A DNA stretch of 64,000 nucleotides from Octopus sinensis (lineage: Eukaryota): assembly GCF_006345805.1 (NCBI RefSeq), contig NC_043003.1:59148001-59212000 (forward strand). The letters are read 5' to 3'. The position numbers and the translations under genes were made by a program. Position 1 is the first letter of the stretch. Every line of letters starts with the position of its first letter. Of the stretch, positions 25,083-37,970 are shown one piece after another. The notes below the pieces were generated by a model. The model saw nothing but the letters and a program-made list of their open reading frames with translations. It did no database searches and was not told the DNA's origin.

Positions 25083-25735
25083 AACGCTGTGGTGTTGTTA
25101 CACACTATACTAATCATATCTGTCAGGCATGTGGAAGAGAGTGTAATTCGGCTGGAGGATTTAAACGACATGCAAAGGTACATAAAGCCCAGTTACAACT
25201 ACAGCCGGCTATTGCCGTCAAGGTTTTAGCTGCCATTCTGTAAAAGACATTGTAGATCTTAGCGGCGCTAACAAGACACATTCCATCACAGCACGAATAA
25301 CAGTTAAGCTTCGTGCAATGGCCATACTCGATAACGAGAGGGCACCATCATATACATGTATGTATATATGCATATATACCTATATGTATATATATATATA
25401 TATATATATAGTATGTTATATATAACGCTGGTGGTGTTGTTACACACTATACTAATCATATCTGTCAGGCATGTGGAAGAGAGTGTAATTCGGCTGGAGG
25501 ATTTAAACGACATGCAAAGGTACATAAAGCCCAGTTACAACTACAGCCGGCTATTGCCGGTCAAGGTTTTAGCTGCCAATTCTGTAAAAGACATTGTAGA
25601 TCTTTAGCGGCGCTAACAAGACACATTCCATCACAGCACGAATAACAGTTAAGCTTCGTGCAATGGCCATACTCGATAACGAGAGGGCAGCCATCATATA
25701 CATGTATGTATATATGCATATATACCTATATGTAT
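25083..25735 (+). mobile_element. Tandemly duplicated LINE 3' end (probably RTE) encoding two C2H2 zinc fingers
   Basis: Two copies of about 340 bp. Copy 2 (25430-25645) reads HICQACGRECNSAGGFKRHAKVH...FSCQFCKRHCRSLAALTRHIPSQHE* followed by the tail gccatactcgataacgagagggca. The two-finger reading is direct; the RTE assignment rests on the tail's resemblance to RTE ends. Confidence 0.7.
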
Positions 25736-25737
25736 AT

Positions 25738-25779
<42 letters not shown>

Positions 25780-25888
25780 TATATATATTAATGTATATAT
25801 ATATTATACTATATACATATATTACTACCTATATATATATGTATATATGTATATATATATGTATATATGTATATATGTGTATATATAT

Positions 25889-25933
<45 letters not shown>

Positions 25934-26299
25934 ATGTATGTATATATTATATAATTTATTAATATATATATATATACATATCATATATACATACATACAT
26001 ACATACATATATACATACATATATATATATGACGAGCTTCTTTCAGTTTCCGTTTACCAAATCCACTCACAAGGGTTTGGTCGGCCCGAGACTATAGTAG
26101 AAGACAAGGTGCTAGGCAGTGTGACTGAACGCGGAACCACAAAGCTACGCCTGTGTATGTATATGTATACAGTCACATCAAATAAAGAAACAATTCAAAT
26201 AAACAAATAAATACGGAAAACATAACGGTGTGCACAATATATACAACATATACATCTCTGCATATTTGTGTGTATAACAACAACAACAACAACAACAAT

Positions 26300-27200
26300 A
26301 ATAATATATACCACACAAGTGCAACGGACCTCTGCAAAATGTGTGGGAAGAGGGTTGAAAACGTGTCTCACATTGTTAGTGCTTTTGAAAGTATTGCGCA
26401 GAAAGAGTACAAGTCGTGTATATGTATATATATATATGGGTATGTGTGTGTTTGTGTGTCTGTGTTTGTCTCCCTGGTGTGTTTACGTCCCCGTCACTTA
26501 GCGGTTCGGCAAAAGAGACCGATGGAATAAGTACTGGGCTTGCGGGGAATAAGTCCCGGGGTCGATTTACTCGACTAAAAAGGGCGGTGCTCCAGCATGG
26601 CCGCAGTCAAATGACTGAAACAAGTAAAAGAATAAAAAAAGAAAGAATAAAAAAGTGTAGACACGACAAGGTATCCCAAAACCTCCACTGGCTACTATGT
26701 CGTAAGTATGGATATGAAGTTACGGGTGCTTGGTACCAGCATACACCGGAAAAGGTAATGAACGAAAAGTGGAAGGCAAAACACCTCTGGGACTTTGACT
26801 TCCAGACAAAGTGTTAGAGCACCGAAGGTCGGATACAATAACTTTTAGGAGTGACAAACAAGAGTGCCTAATAATTGACGTTTCACTGCGAGGGGATCAA
26901 CTTATTAACATGAAAGAAAGAGAAAAGGCTGATAAATATGGAAACCTGAGAATTGAGATTGCTAATATGCGGCAGCTACGAGAGTCAAATAAAGGTTATC
27001 TCTATTCAATACCGCCCAATCTAAAAAAAACTAAACAAACATCTGAAAACTTTAGGAATACCCTACAATGTATTGCAAAAGTCGGCATTACTCAGAACTG
27101 CACGCTTATTGCGTAAACTACTGTCTGTCTGAGGTTCATGTTGTGACTTCACAAACAGTACAAACCCCTGGTAGACACAATATATTCAACCAACAACCTC
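26300..27200 (+). mobile_element. R4/Dong-clade non-LTR retrotransposon 3' remnant (CCHC knuckle plus restriction-like endonuclease), with a SINE A inserted at about 26410-26650
   Basis: CKMCGKRVENVSHIVSA, then [SINE], then RHDKVSQNLHWLLCRKY...LWDFDFQT...LEHRRSD...CLIIDV...KEREKADKY. Confidence 0.85.
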
Positions 27201-27229
27201 ACGATGTTGTATAGTGTGCGACGTTTATA

Positions 27230-27335
27230 ATAATAATAATGATGATAATAATAATAAAATTATAATAATAATAATAATAATAATAATATTAATAATGATA
27301 AAAATAATAATAATAATAATATTAATATAATAATG

Positions 27336-27389
<54 letters not shown>

Positions 27390-27445
27390 TTAATAATGAT
27401 AATAATGATAATAATATAATAATAATAATGATAATGATAATAATC

Positions 27446-27481
<36 letters not shown>

Positions 27482-27497
27482 TTAATAATAATAATAA
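27230..27497. repeat. (AAT)n microsatellite
   Basis: Direct inspection; further (AAT)n arrays at 27835-28012, 31930-31990, 41400-41500, 45415-45490, 50548-50740, 51303-51410 and 59220-59300. Confidence 0.97.
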
Positions 27498-27833
27498 TGG
27501 GCTGCTGCAAATATTCTGCTCAATATCACAGATTTGCTCGTCAGAGTTTGGATAATTCACCTCTGGAAACATGGGTGCTTCATTCAACATCCTTAAACAA
27601 CCCTTCTTCAGGGATTTTTGAGCAGGATGGGCTACTCAAGCCGAAGAAAATTCTAACTGGGCCCCACCTGCAAGGTCATGCGCTTTTTATCTTGATGTCA
27701 CCATGTCACGCACATATGGATGTGATGCATGTGCCTGGCATACTCTTATCAGACGTGAAGTCATGATGGGTATACAGGGCTTCGTATATTTTACCCCATT
27801 GTCACTTTGATGGAATGCACTGCTCTCTCACTC

Positions 27834-27834
<1 letters not shown>
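27497..27834. mobile_element. Non-coding interspersed repeat family E embedded in (AAT)n, internally deleted copy
   Basis: Matches 50746-51301 except for an internal deletion; (AAT)n on both sides. Confidence 0.8.
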
Positions 27835-27874
<40 letters not shown>

Positions 27875-27955
27875 TAATAATAATAATAATAATAATAGTG
27901 ATAATAATAATAATAATAATAATAATGATAATAATAATAATAATGATAATAATAA

Positions 27956-28003
<48 letters not shown>

Positions 28004-28229
28004 TAATAATAATCCATGGATAGAATTTATAAACATTTTAATGGATTACGTTTTAAGTGCGTTTCCACAAATACTGTGTTTCTTACGTCCATAGTTCGTT
28101 ATTCATGGGATGATCACGGTAATATCCGTAATATCCATGTACACCGGATATCATGTATACAAACGCACGGGCACACACACATATATGTGCGTGTGCGTAT
28201 GTGTATACGTATATATATATATATATATA

Positions 28230-28305
28230 TATAAAACCATCCGAATTTCTGAGTACCTCATTTCTTCTAGTACAAAATACCTGTACATCATCTCCAAACC
28301 TTCTA

Positions 28306-28307
<2 letters not shown>
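28230..28307 (+). mobile_element. Isolated terminal fragment of the Penelope-like pLTR family seen at 12293-12868
   Basis: aaaaccatccgaatttctgagtacctcatttcttctagtacaaaatacctgtacatcatctccaaaccttctaata matches 12795-12868. Confidence 0.75.
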
Positions 28308-28397
<90 letters not shown>

Positions 28398-28479
28398 GTA
28401 TATATATTCATATATAATGAACTCTCCTGTCGTTAGACGCCGCATGAGGGCTCGACAATTTCTTATCGAACAACCACAC

Positions 28480-28710
28480 GGATGATTTGTTTATGGTGAT
28501 CAAATGTTTGTGTACACATAAGCTCACTCCCTCCGTCGAATCAATATTACCTATACAGGTGCAACAGGTGCCACATGTCAGATGACGAAATGATCGCAGA
28601 GCAACGTGAAATGAAGTGCTTTGCTTAAGACCACAACGCAAATCCTGGTCTGGGAATCGGATCCCACAATCTCGCAATCCTTAGTGCAACATCCTAACCA
28701 CTGAGCCATG
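28480..28710 (-). mobile_element. tRNA-headed SINE family D
   Basis: Shares gcaac.tgaaatgaagtg.tttgcttaaga.cac with copies at about 38430-38650 (-), 39120-39335 (+) and 54295-54610 (-). Confidence 0.65.
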
Positions 28711-28779
<69 letters not shown>

Positions 28780-29084
28780 GTGTTATGTATACATGTGCGT
28801 GTATGTATGTATGTATGTATACGTGTGTGGTGTGTGTGTGTGTGTGTGTCATAATAAAAAACACGAAAAGCACCGTGGAGTACAGCTATTTATCGTGCTG
28901 GTAAAAACAAGAAGCCGACTTAGTAATTGCTTTCGATGGAAAATTAGCATCTGTATTTAGAAAAATATCAAGAGAAATCAAGGGGAGATAATTAAGTGCA
29001 CTGCAAATATAACCACCATTTTACGAAAATCAAAAGCTACGGAAGCCATTACTTTAATGTGTTTTGATGTTTCCCATAGTTTAT

Positions 29085-29870
29085 TCTTTATTCCTGCCAA
29101 AATGAATTTTGTAAAATGCAGACAGGTAGAAAACATCTCAGTTCTCGTATTTATACAGTCCTTAAGTGTTTTTTTTTTAAAGAGACAAGTTTTCAGGAGA
29201 TCAAACCGAACATATTTTGTTTGACAGGTTAATATATGGTTTGGTGTTAGAAAATATCTATTTGATGCTGTAGATGATGTTCTCAACCTTAAGTCCCCGA
29301 ATGCTACTTAGGTTGTTTGCGAGTAGACGTACTTCCTGGGCCTGCATTTGTTGTTCTACAAACACTACAACTGAAATTTTTTTTTAAATGATGTTGGGAG
29401 TGCGTTTGCGTGAAGAGTCTGAAGATATTATGATCTATTTTCTTTCATGTTTTGTCCTCACGCACTAAAGAGTTTTGAATATCTTACACACGTTTGCCAC
29501 TTCTAGAATATTTATACATTAAGTAGTTGAGTGTTCTGCTTTTTTTTGCATTTTTTAAATGACGTTTCCAACAACCTTCTCGGCATTAATCTGGAAACCT
29601 GAACAACTTGCATAAAAGAAGAAAATTATAACCCACCAGTGGCTGTACAAAATACCAAGAGCGAGAGTTTTCCTTTAGGTCCGCATGAAGAAAGAGCTGA
29701 GGTTTTACTCCCTAGAGAGAAAAGGGAAAGGTATGAAGTGACACGCCGCTACACCCACATACACACACCAACAAACATAACATATATTTATATATGTCTT
29801 CTACTTTTTCCAGTCACCACTTCAAGTATTTTAGTTGAATATATCGTCCCCAGTACATTTTTAACCTGGT
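29085..29870 (-). pseudogene. Highly decayed Penelope-like RT/GIY-YIG ORF remnant
   Basis: Minus-strand pieces in the expected order: GDDIF (RT DD motif, about 29850), QVSRLMPRRL, YSRS..NVCKIF (compare YSRSV.TN.GK.FL), RTPNII, INTRTEMFSTCLHFTKF (compare LNKRSE..SKCRH.NKF). Many stops and frameshifts. Confidence 0.5.
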
Positions 29871-29897
29871 AAATTTTCTAATCAATACACACACACA

Positions 29898-30032
<135 letters not shown>

Positions 30033-30033
30033 T

Positions 30034-30157
<124 letters not shown>

Positions 30158-30159
30158 CT

Positions 30160-30535
30160 TAGAAGATCAAACACTCAGTCACTCAAATTTGGGATTGAAA
30201 CCTACACCAGTCACCGAACTGGACATCACTGCATAGTACCTATGATCCTAGTCTCGCCATCTCGAGTAAAGACTCAATACTCAAAACAACTTACGATTCA
30301 ACGGATCGCAAATTTTTATTATCTTCATCACAGAGGTTTCCTAATATAGAAATAGATGTGTTCAAAAAACATTTAGAAATATTTTTATCTGAGATACAAG
30401 ACGAAAACACATCATGGCATAGCAAAAATAGGGCAACTATGTCAAAGCCACTTCACCAGGATGAAAACTGAATTAAACAAGATTTAATCCTAATGGGGGT
30501 GCTGCAGCATGGTCACAGCATCTGATTGAAACCAC
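30160..30535 (+). mobile_element. CR1/L2-like LINE 3' remnant
   Basis: NLRFNGSQIF...IDVFKKHLEIFLSEIQDE...RATMSKPLHQ, then a tail resembling the SINE A 3' end. Confidence 0.55.
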
Positions 30536-31112
30536 TTAAAGAATATATGCATGCATACACCCACACTCACACACATTCACACACACATACATACACAAAT
30601 ATATGCACACACACATACATAATGCTTGCATATATATGTATGTAAATCTGTGTGTGTGTGGGTGTGTTTGTACGAAGAGAGGAGTGAGAAAAGTACAAAT
30701 GTATATAAGTGTACATGTAGATATATATGGATATTTATCCATATATGTATATACCCCTATATGTGTTTTATATATACTTAAACAAACACACACACGCACA
30801 CACACATATATAAATATGTATATATATGTGTGTGTGTATGTATGCATATGTATATGTATATATATTTACATATATGCATAAACACACATATATATACATG
30901 AAGCCTATTCCATACATATTCTGTAAATGATGGGAAGAATTATATATGAAAAAAAATACGCTTATTGTATGTGGTGAAGGAAAAATAATCTCTAACCGTC
31001 TGAGCTAACAAGCAGTCCTTTGATAAAAGGAACGAAAAAAACCTGATTATCTAATTTTATCCTAATTCGTATGCTGATTGTTTGCTCGTTTTTCACGCTA
31101 TTCCTAAACTTA

Positions 31113-31155
<43 letters not shown>

Positions 31156-31237
31156 TAAATATACATACGAATATATACAAATATATATAGTTCTTTTTTA
31201 GTATATATATATATATATTCATCTATATCTATCTATC

Positions 31238-31333
<96 letters not shown>

Positions 31334-31925
31334 ATGTATATAAGCTTTTTGAACTATATATAAATGCATAGACACACACTTATACACACAAACACATGCG
31401 CACACAGACGCATACACTCACAGATACACACGCACATGCACAATCGCATATACATATATGTGTGCTGAACAAATTTTCCAGACTTGATTAAATGAACCTT
31501 TTGCATTAGCATCTAAAAATAAAAGATTGCGGGAAAAAAAATCAAAAACATAATTGGATAAATTTTGGAGAATTTTTGTATGTATTGATATTTAAAAACT
31601 CTAGGTTGTTTGGGGTTTTATAGCCCAACCAGCAGACAAAAAAATTTGCATCGATAAATAAATATATAAATAAACGTATATGACAAGAACAAAAAAATAA
31701 CGATATAGACCATAATTACATTTTGAAGTTGTTGATTTATCTTGAGATAACTGACATTATTTTGCAAAAATTGATGAAAAAGGAACTGCATAACGCTGAG
31801 AAAGAATATTTTTGACAGCCTTAGCAACATAAGCTTAAATAACTTTTTGAAATTTTATTTAACAAATGTCAGGGATGCAATAGCTTCAAACTGTATTATA
31901 GTTTTGGAATTCATGGTAACTATGG

Positions 31926-31980
<55 letters not shown>

Positions 31981-34400
31981 TATTATTACTATGCTTATAT
32001 GTATTTAGAAATCTAATTTCCCACAGGGAAATCTTGTTTTCATCAAATAGAAATGATTTTTAAAATTTTTCCTTATTTTAGTTGCCATTTCTTAAACATA
32101 AACCAATTACAACATGCACAGAAAAACTGTCTATGACAATTAGAACCAAAGTGAAGTTATAAAGCCCACTATTTTATGTCAAGAGCAAGATAAGAAAAGG
32201 GCATTTTTCTGAATGGATGTTACCCAATAGATAATATCTACGTGTTTTCCCACACTGTGTGCTTAAGGCATCAGATCTCACCAAACCATTAACAGTTAAC
32301 GCCCTACTAGATAGAAGAACGCACACAGGGGAGGTAATAATTGAGAAGAGGTTCCCAAGCGAAACACCTGCTAAGTTCTAGAGTATTGTCTCTGGAGAAC
32401 TAAGTATACTTTGATGTCTTCTTCACTTATAAGTATCCACCTTCTCTTAGAACTCTTGTGCGTTTCTCGCATTTGTTCTCTCTTCAAATATCATACATAT
32501 TTTCTTTCTTATTCTAAACAACTTCAGAATATTTTCTTCTGGAATGCTTACTATCAAACATTGTTTTTTTTTTCGTAGGTTGTAGAGCATAAATACATAA
32601 TCCAATATGTTGATAGTCCAATTTGCCATTATTTCCTTATCTCTCAAGTTCTACTTATTGCTGGCTTCATAAGCTGGTATGAGAATATGTAGGTCATCTG
32701 TTTTCTGATAGTAATGTAGTGAAATACGTTTAAGCGATTGGATATATCTTGAGCATCGTTACTAGGAAACGCGAAGAATCTACCTAAATACTAAAGCTGT
32801 CAGGAAATTAACGCCAGTAGAAAACGTAAAGAAAATGAAGTTAATATTGCTCGGATATAAAATATTTACACAGTGAAGTAATCTATATTCATATCTGCCA
32901 TGGTTTCCCACCTTAAAATCAGCTTTGGACAAATAAATTTCTGGTGAAAGAAATAAATTGATAATGATATACTTTCTGAAATACTGTACACTGGCACTTC
33001 CTATCCAGCTTGATGGTGAAAAGTATATTCAATGACCTGAAACATTTCGCAAAGGAAATTAAGATGGTATTTCTCCCCATCTAATTAAATAATCATATCA
33101 TGAAACGATAAACATGCTAAACTTGGGTAAGAAAATGTAATCAAGGAAACCATATTGTATTTATGGTTACACAAGTGATTAGAATGCCTAAAAAAAACTT
33201 ATAAGAGGTTTCTATCATTTAACGAACTGACAGGTTTGTATAGAGACAGCTAACAGAAAAAGATTAATAAGGTAATAAAGAGTTATCGGTTATGTTATAA
33301 GTCTTATAGGAGACTGAAGTGTTGTCAAGAGTCGTGATCGTAGGGGGTCAGTCTAAGAACAAAGTGTTCATGACCTTAGTACGTGATCAATAATTATTCG
33401 TTAGGTCGATCTGAGCTGAAATAGTTGGGGTAAGAAGATATAGTATGTCACTGCAAAAAGGAAAGAATACGATTTAATAAAAAGCTTGACAGTCTAAAAA
33501 GAGAAATATTTTTGAAATCACAATCTCTGTTAAAAACAAACAAACAAACAACAAACACAAAAGAAAACGATACTTGGGATCCAGTGTTCAATAGATTTGC
33601 AAAAAATTAGCTGCTTATGGTTAGAATGGCGGACAGGTAAGCTTTTAGGACAGGTCTCCTTTAATATGTCTCGAAGGCCATGGAAAGGTTCGTAAGCGAT
33701 TTTTTCCCTCATCTGACTAAGCAATTAGAATAGATCATTTGAATACCGCTTTGATAGCTGAAGTAAATAGTTGTAGAAATTCTACCAGAGTTCATGCAAA
33801 CGGCTATTGTACGCTAGGGAGTACTGTGCGCTAAGGAGTATTGACATACTCTAGCCTCAGTGTATGGCACCCAATGGGAAAATGATGTTATTAAGCAAAT
33901 TACAGATCCATGATTTTTGTGTCTTTCAATTCACTATGTTGGTTATGTTATGTGGTTAACTGTAAATATTCGTTGCAGTTTAGCCTTGATAGTGTAAATT
34001 TATGTTCAAAGGCATTCTAATAACCATGATTATTCAGCCTTTTTAAGGATAAGTGAGCCTCGAATCACGAGAGGCTGTGACTGAAGGGAGAATTCTCTGT
34101 TATATACGGTTGATTGAGCTGTTAAGTAGAAACTCCGTCGCTGGATAGGATTATATTAAGCATTTTGTAATAGTGACATACAATCATGTGCACACTCATA
34201 CTTACATACATACGCACGCACACACACATACACGCACATGTACATATTTGTATGGATGGATAGATAGATTATATGCAATAATCCACGATGTAAATGCATA
34301 GATTTTTACTATCGCTACTTCTATTAATTAAACAGTTGTAAGAGTTTGTCTGGTTTATACAACCTTACAGCGAACCATAAAAGAAATCTTGACTAAACTA

Positions 34401-34966
34401 TTGGGTTGTTCGGAAAGTTCGTGCCGATTTATAGCAGCTTACCTTTCGACTTATTTTAGAACATGGTTGAGTCCATAAAATAGGATTTGGCTACACCTCC
34501 ATTTAGAGCACGGTTTAAGTTATCTTTTCGTGGAAGCAGGTTTATGTTCCTATAAGCTATGTTAATTCTGTAACCCTTTAAAATGGAAGATAAGAAAGTT
34601 CATTTTCGGCACTTGGTGCTTTGGGAACCAGATAAAAATTGCTGCAGCTCAGCTGGGATGTGTTACCCCACCCTCCATATTCACCAGATTTTGCTCCTTC
34701 GGATTTCCACTTATTCAGGTCTCTGCAGAATAGTCTTAATCGTAAAAATTTCAATTCCTTGGATGACGTAAAAAGATACCTTGCTGAATTCTTTGCCATG
34801 AAACCACCTCAATTCTGGGAAGAGGGTATTATCAAGTTAAAGGAAAGATGGAGACGCATTGTGCAACAAAATGGTTCATATTTTGTTGATTAAAAATGTA
34901 ATGGCAAGTATTTATTGACCTTTTTCTGTCCTTTAAAAATCAGCACGAACTTTCAGGACAACCCAA
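34401..34966 (+). mobile_element. Internally deleted mariner with both terminal inverted repeats and TA duplication
   Basis: TA-ttgggttgttcggaaagttcgtgccgattt ... aaatcagcacgaactttcaggacaacccaa-TA. The start MEDKKVHFRH is joined out of frame to HPPYSPDFAPSDFHLFRSLQN...WRRIVQQNGSYFVD*. Confidence 0.92.
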
Positions 34967-35931
34967 TATATTTCGTCAAGAAATGCTGACTCTACACTTA
35001 ACTGATTACTTTGAAATTGTATTTAAAACTACAATTATTAGGCGTATAACTAAATCAGGAAAACCTGCAGACATATACAATAGTTTAATGTGTCTAATTA
35101 ATCACATTAATCTATAAGTGCAATACCAGCTAAAATCTATAGATTTACTTCATAGTAAAGCTTAATATGCACTATTGGCATGTCAGTCATTTTTCTGTCT
35201 ACACACACACACACACACATTTTTATTTAATCATCAGAAATTACAGAGTAACTCAAGGGCTCAGAGTTATTGTACATTGGCGCTTATCGAACTGGTTTCC
35301 AAATAAAAAATTCTTGATTTGAAACCGTTTTGAAAAGTGCTAATACCAGAAATTCTCTGCCCTTGTGTCTCTCACCTTGCTATGGTAAATCACATAGCAT
35401 AGTGATTTATTCAGAATGGATCACCAGGGAACACTTTTTTCGCATAAAATTATAGAGAACTAATATCATTAGTTCTTTGCAATTTTATGTAAAAGTGTGT
35501 TTCCCGATGATCAGTTGTGGTTAAGCATCCAATTGTACTTAGAAAATCCAATGAGAATTTCAAACAACCACAACGGTGAAACGTACGTAGGAATAAATGA
35601 TATAAGCTTGTGTTTATTTTAATTTCTCCTATATTTGTTTTGTATTTCATAACTAGTAAAATACTAAGTATAATAGTTACTTAACCACTATACTGGAAGC
35701 AGACTGGAATACGATAATCTACGCGGAGCTCCAAGTATAGCAGTAGCAACCATACATCCATTTGTAAACACAAAATGAGATACGTGTATGTGTGTGTGTG
35801 TATGTGTGTGCGTGTGTGTGTTTCTACTTGTGTGTATGTGTGTGTGAGTGTATGTATGTATATGCTTAATTACTCGATTCTGAAATTATAAAATCAACAT
35901 CTATTATTTAGGATGGTAGATGCTGTGTTGT

Positions 35932-36006
<75 letters not shown>

Positions 36007-36642
36007 TTATTTATTTATTTATTTTCATTTTGTTTGACTTCATCCAATTTGTCAATTTTCTGTTCTTTTTTTCTTTGCCAACAAGTTTAAGAAAATAAAA
36101 TGAATTAACAACACCTGGGAGAGAGGTCGTTCAATTTTGTAAGGTGGGGGCACACAGCGCTGTTTTAAGACGCCTAATGGAGAGGAAAAAAAACCTCAAC
36201 TGAACCGTGTTTGTTAAATCATTAGACAATGTGTAGCACCTACCGAGCAGCACCCTCCCACAGCATTTCAATCCGTTATTCATCCTTTGTTAACGAGCAA
36301 TGTCCGGTTCAGCTAGGTGGAAAATCTGTACTGCTTGGTCACCGTTCGTACCAGCAAAAATGAAGCCTGCAGTTTTGTGGTCGTGTTTTAATAACACAAC
36401 CCACCCCCATACTTTTTACCCCATTCTTTCAGCAAAACTGTGAGGCTTAATAATTATGTTAAATTGATGAAAAAAAACAACAAAAAAACAAATTATTTTC
36501 AAACCCACCACCTCTTGTCACCTCACTCACCCCGTCCTAGTCCCTCACACCCTGAAAATCTACCCCGCTCCTCATAACCCCCCAAGTATTGTAAATATCC
36601 CTTTAGGACAGTTCCCTACAACTAATATTACTGCTGCTACTG

Positions 36643-36678
<36 letters not shown>

Positions 36679-36760
36679 GCAAAGAATAGTAATAACAATA
36701 ACAGAAACAACGATGAAAATAACGATAACGTTCAATAATAATAATGATGATGATAACAAC

Positions 36761-36796
<36 letters not shown>

Positions 36797-36847
36797 TAAT
36801 AATAATAATAATAATTGTAAGAAAGAAATTAAAAGAAACATAATCTA

Positions 36848-37254
36848 GGCGCAGGAGTGGCTGCGTGGTAAGTACCTTGCTTACGAACTACATGGTTCTG
36901 GGTTCAGTCCCATTGCGTGGCACCTTGGTCAAGTGTCTTCTACAAAAGCCTCGGGCCGACCAAAGCCTTGTGAGTGGATTTGGTAGACGGAAACTGAAAG
37001 AAGCCCGCCGTATATGTATATATATATGTGTGTGTGTGTGTGTATGTATATGTTTGTGTCTGTGTTTGTCCCTCCAACATCGCTTGACAATCGATGCTAG
37101 TGTGTTTACGTCCCCGTAACTTAGCGGTTCGGCAAAATAGACCGATAGAATAAGTGCTAGGCTTACAAAGAATAAGTCCTGGGGTCGATTTGCTCGACTA
37201 AAGGCGATGCTCCAGTATGGCCATAGTCAAACGACTGAAACAAGTAAAAGAGTA
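36848..37254 (+). mobile_element. SINE family A, near-consensus full-length copy
   Basis: A-box-like TGGCTGCGTGG (36858-36868), B-box-like GGTTCAGTCCC (36901-36911), internal microsatellite, tail gactgaaacaagtaaaagag. Confidence 0.92.
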
Positions 37255-37407
37255 ACAGAATAGAAAGTGAAGGAAACAAAAAACAAAAACCCTGAAGAAG
37301 ATAGAAAGTGAATAATAGCCACGCTGTATATCTCACACTAGCGTTACTTATTAAAAGAAGGTGTATAACAGATACACATACATACTCACAAGACAGAGAC
37401 ATATTCT

Positions 37408-37970
37408 TTTCTCCTCTAGGCACAAGGTCAGAAATATCTTGGGAGGGGTCCAGTTGAATAGATCGACCCAGTAGGCAACTGGAACTTATTTAATCGATCC
37501 TGAGAGGATGTAAGGCAAAGTCGACCTCAGCGGAATTTGAACTCGGAATGTAACGGCAGATGAAATAGCTATTTCTTTACTACCCACAAGAGGCCAAACA
37601 CAGAGAGGACAAACAAAGACAGACAAACGGATTAAGTCGATTATATCGACCCCAGTGCGTAACTGGTACTTATTTATCGACCCCGAAAAGATGAAAGGCA
37701 AAGTCGACATCGGCAGAATTTGAACTCAGAACATAAAGACAGACGAAATACCTATTTCTTTACTACCCACAAGGAGGTAAACACAGAGAGGACAAACAAG
37801 GACAGACAAACGGATTAAGTCGATTATATCGACTCCAGTGCGTAACTGGTACTTATTTAATCGACCCCGAAAGGATGAAAGGCAAAGTCGACCTCGGCGG
37901 AATTTGAAACCAGAACGTAACCGCTAAGCAGTTCGCCCGGTGTGCTAACGTTTTTGCCAGCTCGCTGCAT
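37408..37970 (-). mobile_element. SINE family B, three tandem units
   Basis: The roughly 180 bp unit (ggcaaagtcgac..cggcggaatttgaactc..gacgaaata..tatttctttactacccac) occurs three times, with a single head at about 37925-37970. Confidence 0.88.

Noticed and set aside
32300-32650. Possible L1/Tx1 C-terminal remnant on the minus strand
   Set aside because: The similarity is too vague to support a feature call.
36848-36930. tRNA-like A and B boxes at SINE heads
   Set aside because: No cloverleaf could be formed, and each continues into a SINE body; not called as tRNA genes.
37408-37970. Regularly spaced repeats resembling a CRISPR array
   Set aside because: The units are about 180 bp SINE monomers with no unique spacers, in a eukaryotic context with no cas genes.
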